In this document: positions 8,945 to 17,828 of the stretch, one piece after another
Layout: each line of letters begins with the position of its first letter
How positions within the stretch are numbered: the first letter of the stretch is position 1
Virus record (IMG/VR): IMGVR_UViG_3300010051_000550
Span: 15,667-79,666 of that record
Length of the DNA stretch: 64,000 nucleotides
Strand: one strand, 5' to 3'
Origin: a virus
Lineage: Duplodnaviria; Caudoviricetes
Translations under genes and position numbers: made by a program
Notes under the pieces: model-generated
Told to the model about the DNA's origin: nothing
The model's database searches: none
What the model saw: the letters and a program-made list of their open reading frames with translations, nothing else

Positions 8945-9157
8945 ATGGCGCAACAATCGCGGGAGCCGGCCGCCGGCCAAGGGCCGACATTGCCGGGCGG
9001 GTTGGCGAAATGGGCGTGGAAGGCGGCGCTGCGTCTGGCGACGCTGAAGCAGCCGGGGGTGTACGGGCTGCTTCTGATCGTGCGGCCGGACAACACGCGG
9101 GAGTTGGTGATCCAGAACAGCGACCGGCCGCACAAGCCGGAGGATTTAGGTGCGTGA
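8945..9157 (+). CDS. Hypothetical protein
   Basis: GAGG RBS; coupled to the next gene. Confidence 0.55.
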   Translation: MAQQSREPAAGQGPTLPGGLAKWAWKAALRLATLKQPGVYGLLLIVRPDNTRELVIQNSDRPHKPEDLGA

Positions 9158-9420
9158 TGACAAATAAGCAGAATGTGAACAGCAGTCAGAACTCGGCGCT
9201 GGCGGGACTCGGCCAGGCGCTGGATCAGGGAGCGTGGGTGAATTTGTACAAGTCGAATCCGGTGCTGGCGCAGGCAGTGGCGGATGCGGTGGGCCAGGGA
9301 GTGACGCCGATAGCTATTCGGCATTATGTGATGCGCCACACGGGTGGCCAGTCGGATTTGGCGAAGTTCGTGGAGCAGGCGGCGCGCTGGGTGGCGAAAG
9401 CGGCACCGGACGAGACGTAA
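9157..9420 (+). CDS. Hypothetical protein
   Basis: TGATG coupling; MTNKQNVNSSQ... Confidence 0.55.
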   Translation: MTNKQNVNSSQNSALAGLGQALDQGAWVNLYKSNPVLAQAVADAVGQGVTPIAIRHYVMRHTGGQSDLAKFVEQAARWVAKAAPDET

Positions 9421-9456
9421 ATCGCGCGGCCGAGCGGCCCCTTTCCTATTCTGTGT

Positions 9457-9478
9457 AGCCCGGTTCGCCGGGTTTTTT
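9457..9478 (+). terminator. Intrinsic terminator ending the packaging/portal block
   Basis: AGCCCGG-TTCG-CCGGGTT followed by a T run. Confidence 0.8.
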
Positions 9479-9482
9479 CATC

Positions 9483-9499
9483 TGTTTGCGCGCCAACAT
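9483..9499. promoter_or_regulatory. 16-bp near-palindrome TGTTTGCGCGCCAACA, copy 1 of 3
   Basis: Same 14-bp core at 29530-29543 and 52930-52943. Confidence 0.7.
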
Positions 9500-9536
9500 T
9501 TGAGCCGATTCCCCTGCCGTTTCTCTCTGTAAAACC

Positions 9537-9590
9537 TTGACTTTCACGGCCGAACGATTATAATATTATTAATTGTTAATTATTAATTTT
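9537..9590 (+). promoter_or_regulatory. Near-consensus sigma70 promoter followed by an AT-rich putative operator
   Basis: TTGACT-16-TATAAT, then ATTATTAATTGTTAATTATTAATTTT in GC-rich DNA. Confidence 0.85.
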
Positions 9591-9605
9591 GGAGACAAGA
9601 CCACC

Positions 9606-9830
9606 ATGACGATTTACGAGGAAGTCAACGAGCAGCTGGAGAACAAGAATATCGATTCGTCGCAGATATCGGCCATCGGCTTCACGCCCGCTATCGGCCG
9701 GTACGCGCAGATGGACGACGGCACGCGGATCGCGCTGAGCGACCACGACTACTGGCTGCTGGACGACAACCTGGAAGCGATGAATCAGGCGTGGCTGGCG
9801 CAGCAAGCAGAAGAAACCATTCCCGCCTGA
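9606..9830 (+). CDS. Hypothetical protein, first gene of the accessory operon
   Basis: GGAGACAAGACCACC-ATG. Confidence 0.75.
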   Translation: MTIYEEVNEQLENKNIDSSQISAIGFTPAIGRYAQMDDGTRIALSDHDYWLLDDNLEAMNQAWLAQQAEETIPA

Positions 9831-9857
9831 AGAGCGGGGCCAAAAGGAGACAAGACC

Positions 9858-10190
9858 ATGTTGACTGTAGATTCCTTGACCGCAGTGTACGCCGCCATGA
9901 AGGCGGCGACCGCCGAGGCCTTTAACGCGGCCGAAGCGGCCGAGATCGCAAGCGCCGCCTACGAGGCGGGCAAGAGCGCCCTTCTGCTGGACGGCAAGTT
10001 GGACGGCAAGAACGAGGCTCAGCGCGAGGCGCAGGCCCGCGAGGCGCTGGCTCCTCTGTTCGAGACCGTCCAGGCGACCGGGCGGGCGGCGCGCCTGAAG
10101 AAGCACCTTCAGGAGATGGCGCGGATGGATGTGGAACTGGTTCGCGCACAGCTCCGGTTTCTGGAGCTGGCTGAGGTGAACGAGGCCTAG
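9858..10190 (+). CDS. Helical/coiled-coil phage protein
   Basis: GGAGACAAGACC-ATG; GKNEAQREA motif. Confidence 0.75.
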   Translation: MLTVDSLTAVYAAMKAATAEAFNAAEAAEIASAAYEAGKSALLLDGKLDGKNEAQREAQAREALAPLFETVQATGRAARLKKHLQEMARMDVELVRAQLRFLELAEVNEA

Positions 10191-10235
10191 CACGACAGGC
10201 CGGGGAGGTGACTAACCCGGCCGAGGAGATACGAG

Positions 10236-10625
10236 ATGGCTGTCAATAGAATGGCCGAGGTGTGCGAGTTTTTGGTGTACCTCAGCGACGAGACGCTGGC
10301 GCGAGTTGAGGCGGCCGCCTCTCAGGAGATAGAGCGGCCGGGCGCGACAGCGGAAGAAATAGAGAACGGGCGTGTGGTCGTAGATGCGGTACGCCGCGTC
10401 TATGACGGCCGCGAGCCGGCCAGGCATGTGGAGCACGCCCCCCACGTCGGGGAGACGGGCATCGAATGCCCGTTCTGCGACCGGGAGCTCGACTGGAACG
10501 GTCACTTGCACGTTTTCTGCTGCGACTGCTGCGACTACAAGTGGAAGGATGCGGCCGAGATCGAGCGCGACCGGAAGCTGGTCGCGATGGCGTACAGCCA
10601 GATGACCGGTGGCCTGGACGGGTAA
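10236..10625 (+). CDS. Hypothetical protein with a Zn-ribbon
   Basis: CPFC...CCDCC. Confidence 0.7.
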   Translation: MAVNRMAEVCEFLVYLSDETLARVEAAASQEIERPGATAEEIENGRVVVDAVRRVYDGREPARHVEHAPHVGETGIECPFCDRELDWNGHLHVFCCDCCDYKWKDAAEIERDRKLVAMAYSQMTGGLDG

Positions 10626-10638
10626 AGAGGAAAAAATC

Positions 10639-11145
10639 ATGAAGGAATTTCCGGTTGATGCGGGGATTATTGGAATCGTGCCGGTGGCGGCCATCCAGCG
10701 CGAGGACAGCTGGAAGGAAGGCGGGCTGGTGATTCGGGTGCAGGGCGGGCGGTTTCTGAACCTGCACTACGACTATGGAACGATCACCATCACGGCCGAC
10801 CTGAACGGGGCGGTGCCGGTGCTGGAAGACACCGATTTCTGGGTAGGGGATTTGTGCTACGTGCTGGAGAACAATATCCCGGCCGACGATCCCCAGTGGC
10901 ACGAGTCGACTAATCCGGCTCCCGGCTACTGGGCGGCATGCGTCAGTTCATTCGAGACGCCGCGACATGGCGGGTGCTATTTTGCCCGGCCGTTCCGTTT
11001 GGAAGGGGGAATGGCGGGGCTGGTTTCGAGCACACAGTGGGGAGACGGGTTGTACCCGGGCGCGGTTCAGCACGAGGGCAAGTACACGGTTCGCGTGCGG
11101 ATTGAAACCGGTGAGGTAGATGATTTTGAGGATGAGGAGGAGTGA
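10639..11145 (+). CDS. Hypothetical protein
   Basis: GAGG RBS before ATG at 10639. Confidence 0.7.
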   Translation: MKEFPVDAGIIGIVPVAAIQREDSWKEGGLVIRVQGGRFLNLHYDYGTITITADLNGAVPVLEDTDFWVGDLCYVLENNIPADDPQWHESTNPAPGYWAACVSSFETPRHGGCYFARPFRLEGGMAGLVSSTQWGDGLYPGAVQHEGKYTVRVRIETGEVDDFEDEEE

Positions 11146-11957
11146 TGGGCGGCTTGATACGAAGACTAGTAGTAGATAGCGATGAACTGGTGGATGGGCT
11201 AGACAAGGCCGTTGCGCCGGTGGCCGACGAGATCGACCTGACATTACTGGATGAGAAACGCAGTTTGACCGGCATGGTGCTTAGGTGCGTATGGGAGGTG
11301 CGGGTGAAGTCGGTCGACATGCGTCCGTTTCGGTTGATCTACGACGACAGCAGAGCGGCGGAGGACGGTGAATGGTTCCTCGAAAGCGATGACGAGAGCG
11401 TCACTCTGACGTGGTGGGCAGAGTACGGCGACTGGCAAAGTCAGCCAATTCGGGAATTTTTGCGCCGACAGTTATGGCCGTCGAAATCGGCCGTCGTGCT
11501 GATCGTCTGGAACGGCGATTACGAACTGTTCGAGAATGCGTTGGTGCAGTTTAAAGACCCGGCCGTTATCCGGGAAATGTACAACCTCACGAAAGCGCTC
11601 AGGCCGGTAGGCCAGGGGAAAGTGGCGGGGCTGAGCGTCTATAGCACCTGTGCCAAGTTGACAGCCGATTCCGTCACCGCTTATCAAACCCACGCGACCC
11701 ACGATACTACGCCGGGGCGCTCGCTTGGTGATGAGGTTCTCCTTGAGCCGCTAGTCGCCGCTCCCTTGTTCGGAGAAGAGATCGATGACCTGATGTTGGA
11801 AGTGAGCGACGACGGCATGCTTCTGATCCGAAGTGACAGGCTCAACGGATGGGGATCGATTGATCTGGGTGACCTTGTCTTGGCGCTTGATACAGAGTCA
11901 GCATGCGGATTGGGATCGGCGATGAGGACGAGGAGGAATGATGGGTCTGTTAGCTGA
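11145..11957 (+). CDS. Hypothetical protein, paralog 1
   Basis: Shares APVADE..LT, C.W.VR and LE...DGMLL..SD...GW...DL with 11938-12771. Confidence 0.75.
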   Translation: MGGLIRRLVVDSDELVDGLDKAVAPVADEIDLTLLDEKRSLTGMVLRCVWEVRVKSVDMRPFRLIYDDSRAAEDGEWFLESDDESVTLTWWAEYGDWQSQPIREFLRRQLWPSKSAVVLIVWNGDYELFENALVQFKDPAVIREMYNLTKALRPVGQGKVAGLSVYSTCAKLTADSVTAYQTHATHDTTPGRSLGDEVLLEPLVAAPLFGEEIDDLMLEVSDDGMLLIRSDRLNGWGSIDLGDLVLALDTESACGLGSAMRTRRNDGSVS

Positions 11958-12771
11958 TTTGATGCGGGAGGAGTCGGCCGACGACTTGGCGCTGGCGGGT
12001 GAAGAGAGCTTGCGCCGGGACTGGAGAGAGATTACTTCAGAACTGGCCAGAGTGATCGCGCCGGTGGCGGACGAGGTGGAGCTGACCGAGGTCTTTCGGG
12101 AGCGCACCGACACAGCCGTTCTCAAATGCACGTGGCTCGTTCGGCCCAAGCCCGAAGCAGCCCTGGATGGGGCGTTTCATTTGGTGTTCGATGTTGCCAG
12201 GGGATGGTACCTGGTAGACGCGAACTCGAAGAGAGTCTTCCTCGTTAACGGTGGCTCTCTGGACAGAGAGCCGCATTGGGAGGCGGCTGAGGTTCGCGCG
12301 TTCCTGAAGAGGGTGCTGGTTCCGAAGGAGAAGGGGCTGGTATGGGTGGTGGCCGATTGGTCAGGAGATACTGACTATGAGGAAGTTCTGGTCAGCTTCG
12401 ACGGGAAGGCGCTCGTCGGCGAGATGTGCCGGGTGGTGCGCGCCGGTCTTCATCCGCTTCTTCAGCCACCGATGTTCGGGGATGATGACTGGTTGCGCGT
12501 GACGGGGTCGTCAATCGAGATGCGAGGCAAGGCGATACAGGTGTATCGGTTCCGGCCGGGGCGCACAGCGAGAGATGGAAGCTTGCCGGGAGCTGGGATG
12601 CTGCTCGATGCGGCCGACGCTATGGCGTTGTGCGGCGCGCCGATTGGGACGCTCATTTTGGAACTGGGCAACGACGGGATGTTGCTAGTGCATAGCGACG
12701 AGTATGAGAGGGAGGGGTGGGCAACGGTCGATTTGCTGGCGGTGGAGGAGATGCTGGATGAAGCACAGTAA
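11938..12771 (+). CDS. Hypothetical protein, paralog 2
   Basis: Shares the same motifs with 11145-11957. Confidence 0.75.
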   Translation: MMGLLADLMREESADDLALAGEESLRRDWREITSELARVIAPVADEVELTEVFRERTDTAVLKCTWLVRPKPEAALDGAFHLVFDVARGWYLVDANSKRVFLVNGGSLDREPHWEAAEVRAFLKRVLVPKEKGLVWVVADWSGDTDYEEVLVSFDGKALVGEMCRVVRAGLHPLLQPPMFGDDDWLRVTGSSIEMRGKAIQVYRFRPGRTARDGSLPGAGMLLDAADAMALCGAPIGTLILELGNDGMLLVHSDEYEREGWATVDLLAVEEMLDEAQ

Positions 12772-13051
12772 AACCGGCCGCGAACTTGATTACGAGGAAT
12801 TCGCCAAGCTGCACGCTTTCCAGTATCGGCTCTCGGAGCTTCTGGTGACCTGCGAAGTGGTGTCTGTCGCTATGAGCGATGACTTCGTGTTCTGCGTCTG
12901 GGGAGTTCTCCGGCATGGGCCAGAGAAAAAGCCGGCGCTTCTGGCGTCGGTGCCGGGAGACTTGGACAAGGCCATTGAGTTGGCCATGTTCGCCGCACAG
13001 GAGTTGGAGCGGCCGTATCTTGAAACGGTGGAATTGGAGACAACATCATGA
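12758..13051 (+). CDS. Hypothetical protein
   Basis: Overlapping starts/stops within the operon. Confidence 0.6.
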   Translation: MKHSKTGRELDYEEFAKLHAFQYRLSELLVTCEVVSVAMSDDFVFCVWGVLRHGPEKKPALLASVPGDLDKAIELAMFAAQELERPYLETVELETTS

Positions 13052-14193
13052 GACTGGAAGAACTGTTGGAAATGGGGCTGGATGAGGAAAAGGCTGAGGA
13101 AGCGAGGAAGGCCGAGCGCGATGCGGCATTCCGCTCTCGACTGGCCAAGCACGACGCGGCGTTTCGGTCTTGGCTGGGCGAGCTGGCCGAGGACTTCGAG
13201 ATCGATAGGCCGGAGGAGTTGGACGGATATATCGGTGGTGAGCAGCCGATACGCTGGACAATCCGCCCGAAGTGGCGGTTGCCCTATCCCTTCACCGCCA
13301 TGACGGCGGGTAGCGGCGCATACCGGTTTGGGCTGAACGGCACAGCCTACGCGGTCAGCACGGCCAACGATCCGGACTTCGCCCGCTTCCTGCTGAATGC
13401 CAAGAAAGCGCATGACGCGGAACTCGAAGAGCGGATCGCGGGACTGGCGAGGGAACTGGCGGTCGTCAAGGTGTTCACCCGCGCCGATAGCGAGGAGGCC
13501 CGGCTACGGAACACGCACGCGAAGCTTATGCAACTGGCTCCGGCGCGGTGGGAAGAGTGGGCCGCCTTGTTGAATAAGTCGCTGGCCGAGTTGAAGGGGC
13601 AAGTCGCACAGCAGGAAGAAGAGGAGGCCTTCCGCGCGTCGGCGATAGAGGCATATCGCCTCGCGATGGAGGCGTGGGCCGATGAGTGCGAGGCCGTCGC
13701 CGCCCACAACGCCGAGGTGATCAACCGGCTGAAGAACGCCCTGGGCGAGGTGAAGCAGGAGCTCATGATGGTCGAGTACGCCGTCGTTGCCGACGACGAG
13801 TACGGCCCCCAGGTCGAGATACGCACGGCATGGAGCGCCGGCGAGATTGCCGACGCGCCTGACGCGCATCTGCTCATTGAAGGCGGCCGAGTTCGGAAGT
13901 GGACGATCCGCAACATCATCCGCATGTCCGAGTTGGAAGAGGTGACGCCGGATAGACATCCCAACCTGTTCGACGAGATGCAGATCGCCGGAGAGAGGGT
14001 CTTCTTCCTGCCCTGCTCGGCCGAGCACCGGACGTTGGTCAACGAGGCATTGAGCGCCGTCCGTGTCGCCCCGGATGCGCCAAGCTGGGATGAGTCCAGC
14101 GGCGGGCTGGGGTACGGTGATGACGTACGCGACGCCGCGCGGCCGGCGCGGGATCGGGCTAACCAGGTCGTCACGGAGTGGTGGCCGTTCTGA
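13048..14193 (+). CDS. Hypothetical coiled-coil protein, 381 aa
   Basis: ATGA coupling; long ORF. Confidence 0.75.
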   Translation: MRLEELLEMGLDEEKAEEARKAERDAAFRSRLAKHDAAFRSWLGELAEDFEIDRPEELDGYIGGEQPIRWTIRPKWRLPYPFTAMTAGSGAYRFGLNGTAYAVSTANDPDFARFLLNAKKAHDAELEERIAGLARELAVVKVFTRADSEEARLRNTHAKLMQLAPARWEEWAALLNKSLAELKGQVAQQEEEEAFRASAIEAYRLAMEAWADECEAVAAHNAEVINRLKNALGEVKQELMMVEYAVVADDEYGPQVEIRTAWSAGEIADAPDAHLLIEGGRVRKWTIRNIIRMSELEEVTPDRHPNLFDEMQIAGERVFFLPCSAEHRTLVNEALSAVRVAPDAPSWDESSGGLGYGDDVRDAARPARDRANQVVTEWWPF

Positions 14194-14211
14194 GTTGTGT
14201 GGAGGTAAGGG

Positions 14212-14460
14212 ATGGCAACTGATACCAAAGAATCACAGGCGGTTCGCGCATGGTGCATTGAACTGAAGGCGGCGCTGTTGCGTTTGGAAGCGGCCGTCTA
14301 CATGGTTGAAATCGGCCGCGACGCGCCGGAGACGGTGCAGGTGGAGTTGGCGCGGGTGCGCGAGGTGTGGGATCGATGCCCGCTTCCGTTGCACGAGATG
14401 GGCGCGATGAAGGTGCACGTGCTCGCCAACGGGACGTGGGAGACGCACGATGTCTCATAA
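14212..14460 (+). CDS. Hypothetical protein
   Basis: GGAGG RBS. Confidence 0.65.
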   Translation: MATDTKESQAVRAWCIELKAALLRLEAAVYMVEIGRDAPETVQVELARVREVWDRCPLPLHEMGAMKVHVLANGTWETHDVS

Positions 14461-14490
14461 CCCGATGGGCGGCGGTTTTGGGAGGCGAGT

Positions 14491-14880
14491 ATGACGAGGA
14501 AGCAAGGCAGCGACGGGTATCTGCCGACGGCGCGGTATGTGGGACCGAGCGACGAACTGCGCTTCGGCGAGGCGGAGTATCAGGGCGGGCGGATTTATCC
14601 GGTTTCGCCGGAGGCTCACGCGAAGTTGCGCGCGTTCTGCCTGGCCCAGCGGGAAGCGGCTGCGGCGCGGCGTAAGGCGGCGCGGCGTCGGGTTGAGTTG
14701 TCGTCGGAGCAGTTGGAGGAGGTGATTCGCCGGCACGAGGGGGGTGAGTCGCTGACAAATTTGGCGGCCGAGTTCGGGGTTAGCGCGATTACGCTGATCC
14801 TGCGGCTGCGTGAGTTGGGTCATGATACGTCGCGCCGGCCGGGAAAGGGCCGGCGCAAGAGGCAGAGGCTGGAGAAGTGA
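14491..14880 (+). CDS. HTH DNA-binding protein
   Basis: LSSEQLEEVIRRHEGGESLTNLAAEFGVSAITLILRLRELG. Confidence 0.75.
   Translation: MTRKQGSDGYLPTARYVGPSDELRFGEAEYQGGRIYPVSPEAHAKLRAFCLAQREAAAARRKAARRRVELSSEQLEEVIRRHEGGESLTNLAAEFGVSAITLILRLRELGHDTSRRPGKGRRKRQRLEK
14853..14880 (+). repeat. 28-bp direct repeat, second copy at 15861-15888
   Basis: GCGCAAGAGGCAGAGGCTGGAG(A/G)AGTGA, one mismatch. Confidence 0.85.
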
Positions 14881-14914
14881 ACGGAATGAAGTTCAAGTTT
14901 ATTGAAGGCGCGCA

Positions 14915-15211
14915 ATGACATTCGCCATCAGACTGTCCGACCTAGCCATCCTGCCTGAGTTTCATCCACTCGGGTTTCTGCTTGGCCCGGTATTAACCGA
15001 TAGGATCGTTAACCTTGGCGGCCAGTTCGATGCGGCGGGAGTAGTCCTGGAATGCGACGACGCCGAACGGCTGGATGCAATTCTGCGCGTCGCTACGTCG
15101 CAGAACCTACCCGGATTATCGTGGCCGATACGGACGTATAAGAGCACTACCGGCGCGGGCGCCTGGCGGCGGTGGAATCCGACTGAGGAGACCCCGGCTA
15201 CCGTAGACTAG
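14915..15211 (+). CDS. Hypothetical protein
   Basis: ORF inside the repeat-flanked cassette. Confidence 0.55.
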   Translation: MTFAIRLSDLAILPEFHPLGFLLGPVLTDRIVNLGGQFDAAGVVLECDDAERLDAILRVATSQNLPGLSWPIRTYKSTTGAGAWRRWNPTEETPATVD

Positions 15212-15261
15212 CCCCCTGCCCTCTGACACCGTGTTTTTGAAATAGTTCAAAGGAGAATGAA

Positions 15262-15609
15262 ATGATCAACATTGACGATTTAACAATAGGACAGGCCCGC
15301 GAGTTAGCGGCCATGTTCGCCGGCGCACACGCCGCGCCGCCAACCGTTATTGACCACGGCCTGCAAATCGCAGTGCTGGATAGAGGTTTCGTCTACATCG
15401 GATACGTGACCACCGATGGCGAGTGGTGTCGCATCGAGAACGCCTGGAACATCCGACGCTGGGGCACTAAGAAGGGCCTCGGTGAACTGGTGAACGGGCC
15501 ACTGTCCGACACGGTTTTAGATCGCGTCGGCCGGATTCGACTGCCAATGAGCGCGCTATTACACCTCATCGAGGCAAAGGGGACGGCGTGGACGAGCAAA
15601 TTAAACTGA
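15262..15609 (+). CDS. Conserved phage protein, DUF6948-like
   Basis: IAVLDRGFVYIG...ENAWNIRRWGT..GLGEL..GP pattern; followed by a Gly-rich gene, a pairing common in phages. Confidence 0.6.
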   Translation: MINIDDLTIGQARELAAMFAGAHAAPPTVIDHGLQIAVLDRGFVYIGYVTTDGEWCRIENAWNIRRWGTKKGLGELVNGPLSDTVLDRVGRIRLPMSALLHLIEAKGTAWTSKLN

Positions 15610-15824
15610 CCGGCGTCTACCGCTTCGGCGGCCTCTTCGGCGACGGCGGTGGCTACGGCTACGGCAACGGCAACGGCACCGGCTTCGGCGCCGGCAGCGA
15701 CGGCTACGGCGACGGCTACGGTGATGGCTATGGCTACGACGGCGACGGCAACGGCACCGGCTTCGGCGACGGCAGCGACGGCTTCGGCGACGGCTGCGGC
15801 GACGGCGGCTACGGCCATGCCTAA
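15588..15824 (+). CDS. Gly/Asp/Tyr-rich low-complexity protein
   Basis: GDGYGDGYG repeats. Confidence 0.65.
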   Translation: MDEQIKLTGVYRFGGLFGDGGGYGYGNGNGTGFGAGSDGYGDGYGDGYGYDGDGNGTGFGDGSDGFGDGCGDGGYGHA

Positions 15825-15889
15825 AAGTAACGGCCGCGTTCCAAGCGCAGCCGGGCGGCTGCGCAAGAGGCAGAGGCTGGAGGAGTGAA

Positions 15890-16636
15890 ATGAGTGATCT
15901 ATTGACATTGACAGACGCGGCTTTCGATAACCTGGTCATCAACATGACGAGCAAGGAGCGGGCTTCTGCTTTACGGCAGATGGTGCGCCAAGTGCGCGAA
16001 CTTCAGGAGGCATTGGGGCAGGTCGATCTTGGCGAGTGGGAAGATGACCGGCTTCGGGAGTGGCTGCCGGCGGCGGCGGAAAGCGAGATGGTCAAGCGGT
16101 TGACCGCCCGGAGCGAGGGGCTGAACTGGGAGCTTGGAATGGCTACTCGACGTATGGCCGAACTGGAAGCTGAGAATGTCCGGCTTCGGGAGCGTTTGGC
16201 GGCGGCCGAAGAGCGCGGAAGCGAATTTGAGGAAGGTCTGGCGTATGTGGAAACAAACTCCGATAGCCTCGCTCCACCAGTGGGGTATAAGCCGGACCCG
16301 ATCCAGTTTCAATGTTTGAGGACGTGGTACTCGGCGGGGGAGGTGTCAATCCATCACTCCGAACAGGTTCTGCACGCGGTGCTGGGTCTAACGGGGGAGG
16401 CGGGGGAAGTTGCCGACCTGGTGAAAAAGTGGGCGTTCAAGCCAGGGGCGTCGGTCGGCCGCGAGGACGTGCTCGATGAGCTGGCGGACGTGCTGTATTA
16501 CACGGCGGTGCTGGCGCATCTGTGGGAGTTCGATAATGAGGACATGCTCGACCATCTGGCGAAGAAGCTGGCGGATGGGCATGGATGGAAGGGGTTGCCG
16601 CCGATTGTGGCGATGAGGTGCGGTGAAGGCCGGTAG
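15890..16636 (+). CDS. Coiled coil fused to a MazG-like NTP pyrophosphohydrolase
   Basis: LGLTGEAGEVADLVKK...DELADVLYY (ExxE...ExxD motif). Confidence 0.85.
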   Translation: MSDLLTLTDAAFDNLVINMTSKERASALRQMVRQVRELQEALGQVDLGEWEDDRLREWLPAAAESEMVKRLTARSEGLNWELGMATRRMAELEAENVRLRERLAAAEERGSEFEEGLAYVETNSDSLAPPVGYKPDPIQFQCLRTWYSAGEVSIHHSEQVLHAVLGLTGEAGEVADLVKKWAFKPGASVGREDVLDELADVLYYTAVLAHLWEFDNEDMLDHLAKKLADGHGWKGLPPIVAMRCGEGR

Positions 16637-16748
16637 CGGGAGAGCAGAGACATGAGCTAGATGCTGAACGGAACGTGCGTGACGACCTGGCGAAGCACGG
16701 GGTGGCTATCAAGGGCAATCTGAGCATTGAGATCGAACTGTAACGAGG

Positions 16749-17282
16749 GTGGAGATGGCCGAGTTGGTATTTGATAATTGCAGGGTGCTGGCGCTGGCAG
16801 TGGTGACGAATGGAATTCACGATGCTGTGACCGGGGTGGAAGAGGCGAGGGAGTGGATCGGCTCAGAGGTGTTTGAGTTATGGTGCGACCGGTGTGATTT
16901 GCATCCTGAGTACCTGCGCCGGCGGGTGGCGCGGCTTCTGGCTTCGGGGCGGTCTGTTCTGCTGCCGGACGATGGGGATGACGAGGCGGTGGATATTGAC
17001 GAGGCGGTGCGGCTGCATGAAGAAGAGGGGTATACCTGGTCGGAGGCCGCCGCGAAGATGAACGTGTCTGTTTCGACCTTGCGGAATAGACGCAAGGCGG
17101 CCGGGCATAACATGGCTAAGAGCACCGGCGCAGGGGCGACCGGTAAGGAGATCATCAAGATCGATTTGGAAGCGGCCAGGCGGCTGCATGAGCGGGGACT
17201 TACCTGGAGGGAGATCGCCGACCAGCTCGGGGTGAGTGCCGAGACGCTGCGACTGCGGCGGAAGGCGTTTGGAGGATTGTGA
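16749..17282 (+). CDS. Protein with two C-terminal HTH motifs, candidate transcription regulator
   Basis: GYTWSEAAAKMNVSVSTLRNRR and GLTWREIADQLGVSAETLRLRR. Confidence 0.8.
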   Translation: MEMAELVFDNCRVLALAVVTNGIHDAVTGVEEAREWIGSEVFELWCDRCDLHPEYLRRRVARLLASGRSVLLPDDGDDEAVDIDEAVRLHEEEGYTWSEAAAKMNVSVSTLRNRRKAAGHNMAKSTGAGATGKEIIKIDLEAARRLHERGLTWREIADQLGVSAETLRLRRKAFGGL

Positions 17283-17656
17283 TGGCTCTTTGCAGATGGT
17301 CTGATTACCGATGTGACTTGTATATCTATGAGAGCGACTGGGGCATCGAGTGCCATGTGGCCTGGCGGCGGCGCGTGGGCGAACCGGAGCCGCCGCTTAT
17401 CCCCGTGGATGGGGACGATGAGGCGTGGCTGGCGTGGCAAAAGGCATTTGTGGTTTATGAAGAGCAACTGCTGGCGGCGCCGCTGGAGCGGATCGGCCTG
17501 CCCCACGACGGAGAGAGCCGCACCTTCGGCGAGTGGGGCGAGTTGCTGGCGTATGTGACGGGGTTGAAGGAGTTGGGGTATGGGGTGCCGGATTGGGTGA
17601 TTGAGGAGATCAAGGAGGAGGTTGCCGCGTCCGGTTTGTTGGAAAGCGAGGAGTGA
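17279..17656 (+). CDS. Hypothetical protein
   Basis: Coupled start; last gene of the accessory operon. Confidence 0.7.
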   Translation: MMALCRWSDYRCDLYIYESDWGIECHVAWRRRVGEPEPPLIPVDGDDEAWLAWQKAFVVYEEQLLAAPLERIGLPHDGESRTFGEWGELLAYVTGLKELGYGVPDWVIEEIKEEVAASGLLESEE

Positions 17657-17708
17657 ACATGTGTTCACGCGGGGCGTATTGACGCGCGGCCGGGGCGCGT
17701 GATAACCT
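17653..17708 (+). promoter_or_regulatory. Palindromic box GTGAACATGTGTTCAC plus head-operon promoter
   Basis: GAAC-N4-GTTC ends 12 nt before TTGACG; extended -10 TGnTAACCT. Confidence 0.75.
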
Positions 17709-17782
17709 ATCAGCACAGCGATAAATCATATATTCTGAGCGCGGCGCAACGGCCGCGAACAGCGACGTAAAACGTGTGAATG

Positions 17783-17813
17783 ACGCCGCTCCCAATTCGG
17801 GAGCGGCGTTTTT
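17783..17813 (+). terminator. Leader terminator upstream of the head operon
   Basis: ACGCCGCTCCC...GGGAGCGGCGT followed by a T run, ~15 nt before the ATG. Confidence 0.75.
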
Positions 17814-17828
17814 GTTTTCGGAGGTGGT

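Noticed and set aside
14905-14916. GGCGCGCAA as a fourth copy of the dispersed palindrome
   Set aside because: Only the GC core matches and the TGTT/AACA arms are absent; this is expected by chance in GC-rich DNA
15610-15830. GGCGAC/GGCTAC-rich repeat as a collagen-like protein, or the Ala/Thr ORF 15649-15888
   Set aside because: There is no G-X-Y triplet periodicity; the Gly-rich frame explains the sequence and the Ala/Thr frame is its shadow
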